From positions 3,904,001 through 3,968,000 of the forward strand of contig CP166615.1 of NCBI GenBank assembly GCA_041937175.2: a stretch of DNA of 64,000 nt, read 5' to 3'. Source of the DNA: Limnothrix sp. BL-A-16. GTDB taxonomy: Bacteria > Cyanobacteriota > Cyanobacteriia > CACIAM-69d. This document shows positions 26,429 to 37,398 of the stretch, piece after piece. The position numbers and the translations under genes were made by a program. Under the pieces are notes generated by a model that ran no database searches, was not told the DNA's origin, and saw only the letters and a program-made list of their open reading frames with translations. The first letter of the stretch is position 1; each line of letters starts with the position of its first letter.

Positions 26429-27600
26429 CGCTGAACAGCGAGCACCGCATTTTGGCCGCCAAACCCAAAGGCGAAACAAAGGGTTCGATCGACATGTCGG
26501 GCGATCGGGGTTTGTAGCCAAAAACCGGCAAATTCTGGATCCTGCAACCCCACCGTGGGCGGCAACTGGCCGGACTCGATCGCCAAAAGACAAAACGCAA
26601 CGCCCAAGGCACTGGAAGCCCCCAACGTATGGCCAGTGGCTCCTTTGGTGGAACTCACGGGCGGTTGTTGGGGAAAAAGATCTTGAATTAAATTGGCTTC
26701 CTGGGCATCATTCAGCTTGGTGGCCGTGCCGTGGGCGTGGATATAGTCCACCTGTTCCGGCTGCCAGCCGCTACGTTCCAGGGCCAAACGCACCGCAACC
26801 CGAGCCGATCGCCCCGTTGGATCCGGCGCACTGAGGTGATAAGCATCGGTGCTGAAGCCGGCCCCTAAAATTTCTCCATAGATTTTGGCTCCGCGCGATC
26901 GGGCCAGGTCGGCCGCTTCCAACACCAGCAGAGCCGCCCCTTCTCCCAACGCCAGCCCCTCGCGCGATCGGTCAAAGGGATAGGAACCCTTGGCCGCCAG
27001 GGCCCCCATTTGGGCAAACCCCGCCAAAGTCAGGGGCGTGATTGGGGCTTCCACGGCTCCCGCCAAGACCTGATCGCACCAGCCTTCTCGAATTAAGTCC
27101 GCCCCCCGGGCGATCGCACTGATCCCGGTCGTGCAGGCGGTCATCGGAGCCAGCAGTGGGCCCCCTGCCCCCCATTGCTGGGCGATTCGCAGCGCTGGGC
27201 CGTGGGGCAAGTGCCCTAACCATTGCTCATTTAAGGGGCGCTGACCGGCCGCGTATTGCTCCAAAACGCCCTGATAGCTGCGGCTGGATCCCACTGAAAC
27301 TCCCAATTGCCGATCGGGGTCACCCGGCCTGGCCCAAGAGTCAGATCGGAGATCAACGCCGATCACATCAGCCCAGGCTGCTGCACTGGTGCGATCGATC
27401 AGGTGCGTCAAGTCGGCGGGCTGGGCATGAGTTTGGGACTTCACGCGGGAATCCATCAGGGCGATCGGACGAGCCGGAATCGCCGCAAAAGGTTGCTGCT
27501 GCTGAATCGCCGATTGACCGGCCAAGATCGATCGCCAGGTTGATGCGCGATCGCCCAAGGCCGACATCAGCCCAATTCCCGTTACCACCACCCGCCGCAC
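26416..27600 (-). CDS. beta-ketoacyl-ACP synthase (FabF-like paralog)
   Basis: RRVVVTGIG, TACTTG (catalytic Cys), HAHGTAT, KGATGHTLGAS and FGFGGQN. Confidence 0.9.
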   Translation of the reverse strand: MRRVVVTGIGLMSALGDRASTWRSILAGQSAIQQQQPFAAIPARPIALMDSRVKSQTHAQPADLTHLIDRTSAAAWADVIGVDLRSDSWARPGDPDRQLGVSVGSSRSYQGVLEQYAAGQRPLNEQWLGHLPHGPALRIAQQWGAGGPLLAPMTACTTGISAIARGADLIREGWCDQVLAGAVEAPITPLTLAGFAQMGALAAKGSYPFDRSREGLALGEGAALLVLEAADLARSRGAKIYGEILGAGFSTDAYHLSAPDPTGRSARVAVRLALERSGWQPEQVDYIHAHGTATKLNDAQEANLIQDLFPQQPPVSSTKGATGHTLGASSALGVAFCLLAIESGQLPPTVGLQDPEFAGFWLQTPIARHVDRTLCFAFGFGGQNAVLAVQRFED

Positions 27601-27618
27601 AGTGAACCGAGGAAGGCG

Positions 27619-28398
27619 TTAGGGCGTGGTTTTCAAATTTTCCAGACCCGTCGTGACGCTGGCTTTCTCAATTCGATCGCCCTGTTGCACCTGGTCGATC
27701 GTCTCCATGCCCTTGGTCACATAGCCAAACACCGCATAGCTACCGTCCAGCGGGGTTAACTCCGCCAGCGCAAAGTAAAACTGCGACGAGGCGGAATCCG
27801 GCGACATCGATCGCGCCATGGCCACCGCGCCCCGCTTGTGGGTTAAAACCGGCGTTTCTGCAATACCCAAATCGGGGAACGTCGCGCCATAGACCGGCTG
27901 CGCTTGACCCTTGGGCTTAATTTCTAGGGGAATGGTGCGCTCGCGGCCCGTTTTGGGATCCGTGAAACCGCTCATTCCCAACTCCGTGATCGGAACCTTG
28001 GGATCCTTGCTGCGCGGGTCGCCCCCTTGCACCACAAAGGGCACCGGCTCCCGCACCACCCGGTGGAACATCAAGCCGTCATAGACCCCACGGTTCACCA
28101 AATCCACAAAATTTCCCGCCGTGATCGGGGCGTTGTTGCCGTCCACCTCAATCTCCACCGGTTGACCCTTAATGGTCATGGTCACGGTTGCTTTGCCGGT
28201 TAACTGGGGCAAACCGGCGGGCAACTGGGCCGGCGTGGCCGCAACCGACGGCGTGGGGCTGCTCACTTGACGGCTATCGGCCGGTTGACCCGCACAGCCC
28301 GCGATCGAAAAAACCAGCAATGCGGCAATGGGCGCTAGCCAGAGCTTCCGGAATGCGTTTTTGCAGGTTTTCATGCAAGTGGTTGCTAAATAGCTCAT
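27619..28398 (-). CDS. cyclophilin-type peptidyl-prolyl isomerase, lipoprotein
   Basis: Lipobox IAGC, APITAGNFVDLV, FHRVV, VQGGDP and SASSQFYF. Confidence 0.93.
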   Translation of the reverse strand: MSYLATTCMKTCKNAFRKLWLAPIAALLVFSIAGCAGQPADSRQVSSPTPSVAATPAQLPAGLPQLTGKATVTMTIKGQPVEIEVDGNNAPITAGNFVDLVNRGVYDGLMFHRVVREPVPFVVQGGDPRSKDPKVPITELGMSGFTDPKTGRERTIPLEIKPKGQAQPVYGATFPDLGIAETPVLTHKRGAVAMARSMSPDSASSQFYFALAELTPLDGSYAVFGYVTKGMETIDQVQQGDRIEKASVTTGLENLKTTP

Positions 28399-28400
28399 GG

Positions 28401-28967
28401 TTACAGACCTTCCAGCGGCACAGCCAGAAACTTGGCCAAGGCGGCTCCTTCCGTTTCCAGTTCGGTCAGAGACAGGGGTTGACCGACCCGAGTTAGGGGA
28501 ATATCGCGCATATTTTTCACCCGCAGATACAAAGCCCGCCGGGGGTTAATCCCTTCCTTGAGGTCTACGCGCACCGATTGAATCGCGCTCAGGTCGCAGG
28601 TGAGCTTTACTTCACGATTTTTGCCGGGATAGCCCCACCGGAAAATGGTGGCTTTGCCCGTGGTGCGATCGAACTCGTTATAACCACCGCCCACATTCCA
28701 GCGAATGGTTAACCACAGATAGGTGGCCAGCAGTGACCCGGCGGTGCCATACAGCCCCATCACCAGTCCTTGGGGGACAAACACGAGCTTGGTGGGGTCT
28801 GAGAACAACAGCAGATTCACGCCCAGGTAACTCGACAAACCGGCAAGCAAAAAGCCCGTAGCGCCGATGGTGACGATCGTGGCGATCGCATAGCTACTGA
28901 GACGGCGCGCGCCGACAATCTCCGTCCGCAACAGGCGATCGGATTGGGGATCGGTGGAGACAGTCAT
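28401..28967 (-). CDS. ycf4: photosystem I assembly protein Ycf4
   Basis: GFLLAGLSSYLG, FVPQGLVMGLYG, WNVGGGYNEF and FRWGYPGKNR. Confidence 0.97.
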   Translation of the reverse strand: MTVSTDPQSDRLLRTEIVGARRLSSYAIATIVTIGATGFLLAGLSSYLGVNLLLFSDPTKLVFVPQGLVMGLYGTAGSLLATYLWLTIRWNVGGGYNEFDRTTGKATIFRWGYPGKNREVKLTCDLSAIQSVRVDLKEGINPRRALYLRVKNMRDIPLTRVGQPLSLTELETEGAALAKFLAVPLEGL

Positions 28968-29874
28968 AGGTGTATGGCTTAAAAATTGCTTGTGTATCGA
29001 AAACAGGTGTGGGAATGCAGGGGGGATGAAACGCTTGTTTGCCCCAAACTGCTGGCTCAGACCGGCCATGACTTGAGCGGGCCCGGTTGCTCCATCAGGA
29101 ATCGTCCCTTCAACAGTCTAAGCAAACTTGGCAGATTCCTAAAAATCTTGGCGAAAGACAACGATCCAAGAATGGCTGACAAACATTAAGCATAATTACT
29201 TATTTTTTCTTAACAAAGGTCTTAGATTGCGAGAAATAACAAAAATCGAAATAGGGCGATCGCCCGGAGCCGCGAACTCGGTGATGGTGACTTGGCGCTG
29301 GATTGCGATCTGGCTACGAGATTGACCACCCATGGGCTGTGGATTGGCATGGGAATTGGCGGTGGTCTGTTACGGAGCCACCCATCGATCCCCGCAATTC
29401 TTAAATTAGTCTGAAATTGATCGGAAGGGTTTTCGCCGCCCGCGATCCCGCCAGCGGGCCCCATTGACGCGATCCACCTGGGTTTGATCAACTCCGTTAC
29501 GAGATTCCCCGCCCCCCGATCGCCCCTTCAATTATCATGAGATTTGTAATCGATGTGATCGTTCGACTAAACCCTGGAAACCAGTCCAAATTTTCTGATT
29601 TGGTTGCCAGACTTGCGATCGCCCTACCCTCACCCGAAATGAGTGTGGTAGGTTAAGAAAAATTAACCGATCTCAGCAATCGATGGCATCGGCAACGGCG
29701 CTCTTCTGGGTGGAGGTGCAACTCATGCCCCGACCCCCTGCGGATTCTCACCGTTGCCTAGGCCCCGATCGCGAGACGGGTCAAAATTCTACGGAACCGG
29801 AAGCGCTTCAAACCCGCCTCACGACCGTAGATATCGCAATTTTGAACCTCTGTTAACAGATAGAGAGGAACTCC

Positions 29875-30933
29875 ATGACCATCGCAGTTGGACGCGTGGG
29901 CACGGAACGCGGGTGGTTCGACGTAGTGGACGACTGGCTGAAGCGAGATCGCTTCGTCTTCGTCGGCTGGTCGGGTCTGCTGTTGTTCCCCTGCGCATAC
30001 CTCGCCCTCGGAGGCTGGCTGACCGGCACCACCTTCGTCACCTCGTGGTACACCCACGGATTGGCCTCGTCGTACCTGGAAGGATGCAACTTCCTGACCG
30101 TCGCCGTGTCCACCCCGGCGAATAGCTTGGGTCACTCGCTGCTGCTGCTGTGGGGTCCCGAAGCACAGGGAGACTTCGTGCGCTGGTGTCAGTTGGGCGG
30201 CTTGTGGAACTTTGTGGCGTTGCATGGGGCATTTGGACTGATCGGCTTCATGCTGCGTCAGTTTGAGATTGCCCGCTTGGTGGGGATTCGTCCTTACAAC
30301 GCGATCGCCTTCTCGGGCCCGATCGCGGTGTTTGTGTCGGTATTCCTGATGTACCCGTTGGGTCAATCGGGCTGGTTCTTTGCGCCCAGCTTTGGAGTGG
30401 CATCGATCTTCCGGTTCCTGCTGTTCCTGCAAGGGTTCCACAACTGGACGCTGAATCCGTTCCACATGATGGGTGTTGCCGGGATTCTCGGCGGTGCGCT
30501 GCTGTGCGCCATCCACGGTGCAACGGTAGAAAACACCCTGTTCCAAGATGGGGAAAAGGCGAACACCTTTGGTGCATTTGAGCCGACCCAAGCCGAAGAA
30601 ACCTACTCGATGGTGACGGCGAACCGATTCTGGTCGCAAATCTTCGGGATTGCGTTCTCGAACAAGCGTTGGCTGCACTTCTTCATGCTGTTCGTGCCCG
30701 TGATGGGTCTGTGGACGAGTTCGATCGGGATTGTGGGATTGGGCTTGAACCTGCGGGCATACGACTTCGTGTCGCAAGAGCTGCGGGCGGCTGAAGACCC
30801 CGAATTCGAGACGTTCTACACGAAGAACATCCTGTTGAACGAAGGCATCCGCGCTTGGATGGCTCCGCAAGACCAACCCCACGAAAACTTCATCTTCCCC
30901 GAAGAGGTCCTGCCCCGTGGAAACGCCCTTTAA
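29875..30933 (+). CDS. psbD: photosystem II D2 protein
   Basis: MTIAVGR...[16 protein letters not shown]...[10 protein letters not shown]. Confidence 0.99.
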   Translation: MTIAVGRVGTERGWFDVVDDWLKRDRFVFVGWSGLLLFPCAYLALGGWLTGTTFVTSWYTHGLASSYLEGCNFLTVAVSTPANSLGHSLLLLWGPEAQGDFVRWCQLGGLWNFVALHGAFGLIGFMLRQFEIARLVGIRPYNAIAFSGPIAVFVSVFLMYPLGQSGWFFAPSFGVASIFRFLLFLQGFHNWTLNPFHMMGVAGILGGALLCAIHGATVENTLFQDGEKANTFGAFEPTQAEETYSMVTANRFWSQIFGIAFSNKRWLHFFMLFVPVMGLWTSSIGIVGLGLNLRAYDFVSQELRAAEDPEFETFYTKNILLNEGIRAWMAPQDQPHENFIFPEEVLPRGNAL

Positions 30934-32302
30934 TACTGCAATGGTCGTGGGCGGCCGTGACCAAGATTCCACCGGGTTTGCCTGGTGGTCGGGTAACGCC
31001 CGTCTGATTAACCTGTCCGGAAAGCTGCTGGGTGCTCACGTGGCCCACGCTGGCTTGATTGTGTTCTGGGCCGGTGCGATGACGTTGTTTGAACTGTCGC
31101 ACTTCATCCCTGAAAAGCCCATGTATGAGCAGGGCTTCATCCTGCTGCCTCACCTGGCCACGTTGGGCTTGGGTGTGGGTCCCGGTGGCGAAGTGGTGGA
31201 TACCTTCCCTTACTTCGTGGCGGGCGTGCTGCACTTGATTTCGTCGGCGGTGCTCGGCTTGGGTGGGATTTACCACGCCATCCGCGGCCCCGAAACCCTT
31301 GAAGAGTACTCGTCCTTCTTCGGCTACGACTGGAAGGACAAGAACCAAATGACCAACATCATCGGCTATCACCTGATCCTGTTGGGTTGCGGTGCGTTGC
31401 TGCTGGTGTTTAAGGCCATGTTCTTTGGCGGCGTTTACGACACCTGGGCTCCCGGTGGCGGTGACGTGCGTGTCATTACCAACCCGACCCTGAACCCGGC
31501 GCGGATCTTTGGCTACCTGACCAAGGCTCCCTTTGGCGGCGAAGGCTGGATTGTCTCCGTGAACAACATGGAAGACATCATCGGCGGCCATATTTGGGTG
31601 GGTCTGACCTGCATTGCCGGTGGTATCTGGCACATCCTGACCAAGCCGTTTGCTTGGGCGCGTCGTGCGTTCATCTGGTCCGGTGAAGCTTACCTGTCCT
31701 ACAGCTTGGGCGCTCTGTCGTTGATGGGCTTCATTGCCTCGACGATGGTGTGGTACAACAACACCGCTTATCCGAGCGAGTTCTTTGGCCCTACCGGCCC
31801 TGAAGCTTCGCAGGCTCAAGCACTGACCTTCTTGATTCGTGACCAACGTTTGGGTGCAAACGTGGGTTCGGCTCAAGGCCCCACGGGTCTGGGTAAATAT
31901 CTGATGCGTTCGCCTTCGGGTGAAATCATCTTTGGTGGTGAAACGATGCGTTTCTGGGACTTCCAAGGCCCTTGGCTGGAACCCCTGCGCGGCCCCAACG
32001 GTTTGGATCTGAACAAGATCAAGAATGACATTCAGCCCTGGCAAGCTCGCCGCGCGGCTGAGTACATGACGCACGCTCCTCTGGGTTCGTTGAACTCGGT
32101 GGGCGGTGTGGCGACCGAAATTAACTCGTTTAACTACGTGTCGCCCCGCGCTTGGTTGGCTACGTCGCACTTTGTGTTGGCGTTCTTCTTCCTGGTGGGT
32201 CACCTGTGGCACGCTGGTCGCGCTCGCGCGGCTGAAGCGGGCTTCGAGAAGGGGATCAACCGCGAGAGCGAACCCGCGCTGGCGATGCCCGACCTCGACT
32301 AA
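30917..32302 (+). CDS. psbC: photosystem II CP43 protein
   Basis: GTG start overlapping the psbD end; [25 protein letters not shown] and [11 protein letters not shown]. Confidence 0.99.
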   Translation: METPFNTAMVVGGRDQDSTGFAWWSGNARLINLSGKLLGAHVAHAGLIVFWAGAMTLFELSHFIPEKPMYEQGFILLPHLATLGLGVGPGGEVVDTFPYFVAGVLHLISSAVLGLGGIYHAIRGPETLEEYSSFFGYDWKDKNQMTNIIGYHLILLGCGALLLVFKAMFFGGVYDTWAPGGGDVRVITNPTLNPARIFGYLTKAPFGGEGWIVSVNNMEDIIGGHIWVGLTCIAGGIWHILTKPFAWARRAFIWSGEAYLSYSLGALSLMGFIASTMVWYNNTAYPSEFFGPTGPEASQAQALTFLIRDQRLGANVGSAQGPTGLGKYLMRSPSGEIIFGGETMRFWDFQGPWLEPLRGPNGLDLNKIKNDIQPWQARRAAEYMTHAPLGSLNSVGGVATEINSFNYVSPRAWLATSHFVLAFFFLVGHLWHAGRARAAEAGFEKGINRESEPALAMPDLD

Positions 32303-32362
32303 TCGATCGAGCTGTTGGCAATTTGATCGGGTTTGTCCTGCGGGATGACCCGATCGCCCTTA

Positions 32363-32399
32363 ACAGAGACCCTCGCTAGTCGGGGGTCTTTGTGTTTTT
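32363..32399 (+). terminator. intrinsic terminator of psbDC
   Basis: ACAGAGACCCTCG-ctagt-CGGGGGTCTTTGT followed by a T-rich tail. Confidence 0.8.
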
Positions 32400-32417
32400 G
32401 CAGGCGAGGCGAAAAAG

Positions 32418-33098
32418 ATGGCAGAGCTTGACCCCAGGGCCGCCCGAGAACGCTGGCAACGGGCACAACAATTAGCCCAAGAGACGGAGCAGGCCGCGAT
32501 CGGGCGGTGGTCGGTGGCGGGTTTGCCTGGCTTGTTGCGCTTGCAGCGGGAACTGTGGGCTGCGGGCGATCGGGCGATTGCAGAGCGCCTGGAGCGGGCC
32601 GATTGTTTTGTGGCCTGCGATCGGGGTTGTGATTGGTGCTGTTATCTGAACGTGCCGATCGCAGGGCTAGAAGCCCAGGTGATTGCCGATTGGATCAGAG
32701 CGCTGCCGATGGCTCAACGGCGGCTGATGCTGGAGCGGTTGGCGCAAACCCTAGGGCAGCTCGAGTTGATGAACCCGGGCGATCGGCTCGGTCACAAAAT
32801 CCCCTGCGCTTTTTTGGAACCCGATGGCACTTGCGGAATCTATCCCGTGCGGCCGGCCACCTGTCGATCGCACCACTCCACCTGTGCTGCCGATTGTCAA
32901 CAGGGCTGGGAAACGGGCCAATGGCCGGCGCGATCGGGGCCGATCGATGCCCAGGTTTTTGACTTGGAAGCCCAGAACGCGGGGCTACAGGCGGCTTGCG
33001 TTGCCCTGGCAATTCCGTTGGCCACCGGGGAATTGCACCAAGCGCTTGGGATGCTGGTGCTCGATCGGCCACAGTTCAAGAACAACGGGTCAGGGTAA
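32418..33098 (+). CDS. YkgJ (CxxCxxCC) family cysteine cluster protein
   Basis: ACDRGCDWCC and CAFL...CGIYPVRPATCR. Confidence 0.88.
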   Translation: MAELDPRAARERWQRAQQLAQETEQAAIGRWSVAGLPGLLRLQRELWAAGDRAIAERLERADCFVACDRGCDWCCYLNVPIAGLEAQVIADWIRALPMAQRRLMLERLAQTLGQLELMNPGDRLGHKIPCAFLEPDGTCGIYPVRPATCRSHHSTCAADCQQGWETGQWPARSGPIDAQVFDLEAQNAGLQAACVALAIPLATGELHQALGMLVLDRPQFKNNGSG

Positions 33099-33158
33099 CC
33101 GGCTAAGTTTTCCCAATTTCGCCTGAGACCAACAGCGGCCCTTTTCTCTTAAGGGCGG

Positions 33159-33230
33159 TTTCAGCGGTGAAGCTCAGCGGTGAATTTCAGTCATTCATTT
33201 CAACAGTGAATTTCAACAGTGAATTTCAAC
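33159..33230. repeat. 13-bp-period tandem repeat (TTTCAACAGTGAA-like, 5-6 units)
   Basis: tttcagcggtgaa / gctcagcggtgaa / tttcagtcattca / tttcaacagtgaa x2 / tttcaac. Confidence 0.8.
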
Positions 33231-33498
33231 GACGATCGGGCGATCGTACCTCTGAACCCGGCGCGTGAAACGGTTGAGCAACGGGCCCTTGGGATTGGGC
33301 ACGGGAAAACGCTGCCCACTGATCTAACCACTTGAAGGGCCAGCCCGCCCGATGATGCCAATTGGAAGCGGTGGCCAGAACCAAGCCCCCCACCCACAGC
33401 AGGGGAGTAGGCAACGTCACGGTTCGGAGCAACTGCCATAGTTCCGCCGCCAGAAAAAAACCGACTACCAAAACGAGCCACACTCGAAAATTCGCCAT
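33226..33498 (-). CDS. small hypothetical membrane protein
   Basis: Two TM segments and the motif LPTPLLWVGGLVLATASN. Confidence 0.7.
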   Translation of the reverse strand: MANFRVWLVLVVGFFLAAELWQLLRTVTLPTPLLWVGGLVLATASNWHHRAGWPFKWLDQWAAFSRAQSQGPVAQPFHAPGSEVRSPDRR

Positions 33499-33578
33499 TG
33501 TTGTTTCGATCGCCCCTCACGGCCCCAGTCTCGTCCAGATTGCTTGCCAGCCGTTGAACCCGGCACAACGGTTCTAGG

Positions 33579-34145
33579 CTAATTGATCTTCTGTTCAACA
33601 CCAAACCCCGCCAGCGCAATTTGATCCAACGGCGCATCCTCCGTGGCGGGGCGATGATAGTTCAAAATCCGCCGCAGGCGAAGGGTAGGATTCACCAGGG
33701 TGATGGAATCCACAGACACCACCCGTTGATAGTGGGTGGTCATCCTCAATTCCCGAGTGGCAACGGTGAAGTGAAATTGGGCCACCATCGGTTTGGCTTC
33801 CTCGTAGGCGCGATCGCGCAGGTAGTCGCCCTCCAGGATTGATCCCGTTTCAGCGTTGGGGACGAACAAAAAATTCAAGCTCTGGGCCACCCGCTCGCCA
33901 TGCTCGGAAACCGTTTGGAAGTCGAGGTGATAGCCCGGAATCTGGTCGAGATCGGCCCGATCGGGTCGTTCATTGTCCTGTAGGACTTGTTGCTTTTGCT
34001 CGAGTGAAATCGGGCGAATTTGAAATTCCGTGTGCGATCGCTCCACGGTTTGGTTGCGTAAGTAATGGTAGGTGCGTTCGGCGCTCCAGTCGCCAACACA
34101 ATGCTCAAAAAAGGTTTGAAATGGTTTTAGGGTTTGAAAAGTCAT
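33579..34145 (-). CDS. CpcS/CpeS superfamily phycobiliprotein lyase (CpcV-like)
   Basis: FFEHCVGDWSAERTYHY, YLRDRAYEE and LVNPTLRLR. Confidence 0.85.
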   Translation of the reverse strand: MTFQTLKPFQTFFEHCVGDWSAERTYHYLRNQTVERSHTEFQIRPISLEQKQQVLQDNERPDRADLDQIPGYHLDFQTVSEHGERVAQSLNFLFVPNAETGSILEGDYLRDRAYEEAKPMVAQFHFTVATRELRMTTHYQRVVSVDSITLVNPTLRLRRILNYHRPATEDAPLDQIALAGFGVEQKIN

Positions 34146-34375
34146 CGGACGGTGGTTAGGGGCGGTGGATGGCGGCAGAACACTGAGCCGGCCGGATCGA
34201 TCGCTGGCGAATCGATCACCCAGGGCGATCGCGTCTCAACTTGGTTTGCACGGCGCTGCTTGAATTATCCAGGGTGGCTGCCTAGGGATAAACCCCATTG
34301 ACCGTCTAGCGATCACGACCCGACTAGTCTAGAATCGAAAGGTTGTCTGTTTGTCGCGACACGACACCTGATCGT

Positions 34376-34552
34376 ATGGCAGTCCCTAAGAAGAAAACCT
34401 CCAACGGCAAGCGCGATCAACGCCGTGCCACTTGGAAGCGCAAAGCCAATTTGCGTGCTCAGCAAGCCCTGTCCCTGGGCAAGTCGATCCTGACCGGTCG
34501 ATCGAATTTTGTCTTCCCCACCAAAGAAACCGAAGACGAAACCGAAGAATAA
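34376..34552 (+). CDS. rpmF: 50S ribosomal protein L32
   Basis: [24 protein letters not shown]. Confidence 0.97.
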   Translation: MAVPKKKTSNGKRDQRRATWKRKANLRAQQALSLGKSILTGRSNFVFPTKETEDETEE

Positions 34553-34828
34553 GTCATCTTGCGGCGGTTGATGTCGCTCTCTGCAAGTGCGCCACCACCG
34601 CCCTCGATCGCCCCGCCTGTTTTGCCTAGCCCAGTTACCTGAGTTTGGGTCAGCGCGGGTACTAAATCAGATTAATTACTTGATTCATTATTTATACAAT
34701 TCCTGACTCATTATCTCTGTTCAAGACTGTTTAAGATTAATCCAGTCGTCAACATCGAACCACATCGGAATCAGAAATTCTGAGAGCGCTTTAAAATCAA
34801 AACAGGAATGTTAAAACAAGACGACTCA

Positions 34829-34951
34829 GAGGATGTCTGAAAAGCCAAACTTGCTACTCGGTATGCCCCGATAATCGACGCAGACAAGGGGCTTAAGCCC
34901 CTTGCCCCCACGACACTGGCCCGTACTGAAAGACACTTCTCAGACATCCTC
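34829..34951 (+). mobile_element. MITE family A, copy 1 (IS5/IS1031-like ends)
   Basis: TIRs GAGGATGTCTGAAAAG / CTTCTCAGACATCCTC, TCA target duplication, internal palindrome CAAGGGGCTTAAGCCCCTTG. Confidence 0.88.
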
Positions 34952-35033
34952 TCAGGCAACTCTCCGATCAGATTTCAAGCCAGCAAACTTAAGCAAGTGT
35001 TTTCTCAGTCAGTCTCTACCCGGTGCTGCGACT

Positions 35034-35642
35034 ATGCTAGGCAAGTTTTTTCAAAAACCAGAACCCAATCAGGGCGATCGCGTGCCGCCGGGTCAATACT
35101 TAGCCACGGGGTTTCCGGTGCTGACCTATGGCGATACACCGGACATTCACCTAGAGGATTGGGAACTGGAGGTTTGGGGTTGTGCCCAGCCGGTCAAGCT
35201 TCGTTGGCATGACCTGATGGCCATGCCCCAGTCGGACTTCACGGCGGATTTTCACTGCGTTACCCGCTGGTCCAAGCTGGATGTGCAGTGGCGCGGGGTG
35301 AAGGTGACGGACTTTATGCGGGCGATCGATCTGGATCCGAAGGCAGTGCATGTGATGCAGCACTGCTATGGGGACTACACCACTAACTTGGCGATCGAGG
35401 ATTTCCTGCGCGAGGAAAACTTCTTTGCGCATACGTTGTTTGGCGAACCTTTGCCCCCGGATCATGGCGGGCCGCTGCGGTTGGTGGTTCCCCATTTATA
35501 TGCTTGGAAAAGCGGCAAGTGGCTGAAGGGCTTGGAATTTTTGGATCACGAAGCCCTGGGTTTTTGGGAACGCAATGGTTACCACAAGCGCGGTGAACCC
35601 TGGGCGGAGGAACGGTATGCCGGGCGTGGCTTGTTCCTTTAG
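35034..35642 (+). CDS. sulfite oxidase-like molybdopterin oxidoreductase
   Basis: RVPPGQY, DFHCVTRWS, HGGPLRLVVPHLYAWKSGKW and GFWERNGYH. Confidence 0.92.
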   Translation: MLGKFFQKPEPNQGDRVPPGQYLATGFPVLTYGDTPDIHLEDWELEVWGCAQPVKLRWHDLMAMPQSDFTADFHCVTRWSKLDVQWRGVKVTDFMRAIDLDPKAVHVMQHCYGDYTTNLAIEDFLREENFFAHTLFGEPLPPDHGGPLRLVVPHLYAWKSGKWLKGLEFLDHEALGFWERNGYHKRGEPWAEERYAGRGLFL

Positions 35643-35663
35643 CCTGAAATCCTGAATACGGAT

Positions 35664-36218
35664 ATGGGTGCAACTCCCGCAATTAATCCCGTCATGAATA
35701 CCGAAGATACCGGGCGAAAGCACGAGCAGGAACCAAAACCAGGGCTAGAGCCAAAACAACAACCTTTCACCACTGGCGATCGAACTGATCCATCACAGAA
35801 CCCTGACCAGGGGCCAAAAAACGTTTTGGGCGGGCCGCTGGCGCTCTGTGGCCAAAATCCGGTCACGGGGTTCTATCGCACGGGCTGTTGCGAAACGGGG
35901 CCGCTTGATCGGGGATCCCATACGGTTTGTGCCCAGGTGACGGCAGCATTTTTGGAATTCACCCGATCGCGCGGCAATGATCTGAGCACTCCGCTACCTT
36001 GGGCTGATTTTCCGGGGCTGAAACCGGGCGATCGGTGGTGTCTATGCGCCAGTCGGTGGCTAGAGGCCGTGGCGGCCGGGGCGGCTCCGCCTGTGGATTT
36101 GCAAGCAACCCATGAGGCTGCCCTGCGAATTGTGCCCCTAGAGGCCTTAAAGCGCCATGCCTTGTCCCGATCGCCCGAGGCCAGCTCAGATGGGACTCAG
36201 CCAAATCAGGCCAGTTAA
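35664..36218 (+). CDS. DUF2237 family protein
   Basis: NVLGGPL..C...PVTGFYRTGCC and GLKPGDRWCLCASRW. Start uncertain. Confidence 0.9.
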   Translation: MGATPAINPVMNTEDTGRKHEQEPKPGLEPKQQPFTTGDRTDPSQNPDQGPKNVLGGPLALCGQNPVTGFYRTGCCETGPLDRGSHTVCAQVTAAFLEFTRSRGNDLSTPLPWADFPGLKPGDRWCLCASRWLEAVAAGAAPPVDLQATHEAALRIVPLEALKRHALSRSPEASSDGTQPNQAS

Positions 36219-36303
36219 CCGAATCAGGCCAGTTAAATATAAACAAATCAGGCCAGTTAAATATAAATAACTTAGACAAATTGGGCAGATTAGACCAGTT
36301 AGG
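36203..36303. repeat. reiterated AATCAGGCCAGTTAA (3 copies plus one degenerate) duplicating the DUF2237 gene end
   Basis: Copies at about 36204, 36222 and 36246; degenerate copy near 36288. Confidence 0.85.
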
Positions 36304-36882
36304 TGTGATCCCCGTAATCTATAGCATTTCGGTTGATTGCGACTCATTGCAAAAGACCAAGGGTGAGTAATCACTCCCAAGGGCTGTAAGGCAAGGCTAG
36401 CCGTCGTTTTCAGGGCTGTGCAGTACGGTTTTCCCACAATTCTTCGCTAGATTGTCAGAGCAGGTCAGGGTACAGTAGAAGCAGGTCAGCAACCTGCTTG
36501 GCAAACACCCTAGCGATACACCAACGCAGCAAAACACTGCATGAGGCGATCGTCCTAGCTTGGCTCAAGTAGCAATGGAATTGGGAGTGAGCCTTGGGAC
36601 TGAGAACCTTACCCGGTTCCAGACTCGTCCTCTACACCCTTGAGGCTTGTTCACCGAATCTGCGCTGCGTTTGCTGTGCAGGCTTAACGCTCGGTTGTGC
36701 TGGCTGATGGGCCCCTGTTGCAACAAACCTAACCCTTGGCATTTTGCCAAGACTCGATCGAGTCGTTCCAACGACGACACCAGAGCCGATCGAAACTTTC
36801 TGGCAAACTCGCGGCGCGATCGCGAATATTTTTGCCAAACTATTCGGACGGACTCGGCTTTTATTGGGAGGGCCATCGTCAA

Positions 36883-37116
36883 GTGTCTGACAACACCAAC
36901 ATCCACGAACAAATCGAAGAAGAACGGCAGGCTGCACGCGAAGCGTGCAGCACGAACGGAGTTCACTCGCCTGAATGTGCGGCTGCTTGGGATGCACTGG
37001 AAGAACTGCAAGCCGAAGCATCGCATCAAAAAGAAGGGCACCCTGAAAAGAATTCCTTTGAAAAGTATTGCGATGACAACCCAGATGCGGCTGAATGCCG
37101 TCTCTACGACGACTAA
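36883..37116 (+). CDS. cp12: Calvin cycle regulatory protein CP12
   Basis: GTG start after GGAGG; C...ECAAAWDALEELQA and YCDDNPDAAECRLYDD. Confidence 0.95.
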   Translation: MSDNTNIHEQIEEERQAAREACSTNGVHSPECAAAWDALEELQAEASHQKEGHPEKNSFEKYCDDNPDAAECRLYDD

Positions 37117-37398
37117 GCCATAGTGCTTCTCGGTCATCTAGCAAAAGTTTGGCAGCCGAACCCCCATTCAAAATCCCAAGACTGATCACCTGAAGATTCA
37201 TGATTTGGGGCGTTCGGCCACTGGCGAATCACTCACATGAGTGCTGATTTCTGACTCGGCCTGCGGGCCGACGTGCAGGTTTTGGTCTTTTCGCTCTCGT
37301 TTGAAATCTGGCCCCAGGGCCGCAGCAACAGGATGCGCAGTCAAAGCGTTATCCTGTTTTTGCTTTTTGGGCCCATGGGGCCGATCGAGGACAAAACC

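Noticed and set aside
26416..27600. Ketosynthase as part of a PKS cluster
   Set aside because: No ACP, chain-length factor or tailoring genes; the neighbours are core cyclophilin, ycf4 and psbD.
29758..32212. Long antisense ORFs (404 and 440 aa) opposite psbD and psbC
   Set aside because: Shadow frames caused by the strong codon bias of highly expressed genes; no recognisable motifs.
34771..35033. ORF 34771-34959 and the N-terminal extension of ORF 34902
   Set aside because: Both are read through MITE A; the oxidoreductase more plausibly starts at ATG 35034.
36203..36303. Repeat with variable gaps as a mini-CRISPR
   Set aside because: The unit is 15-16 bp with gaps under 10 bp, and it copies the adjacent gene end.
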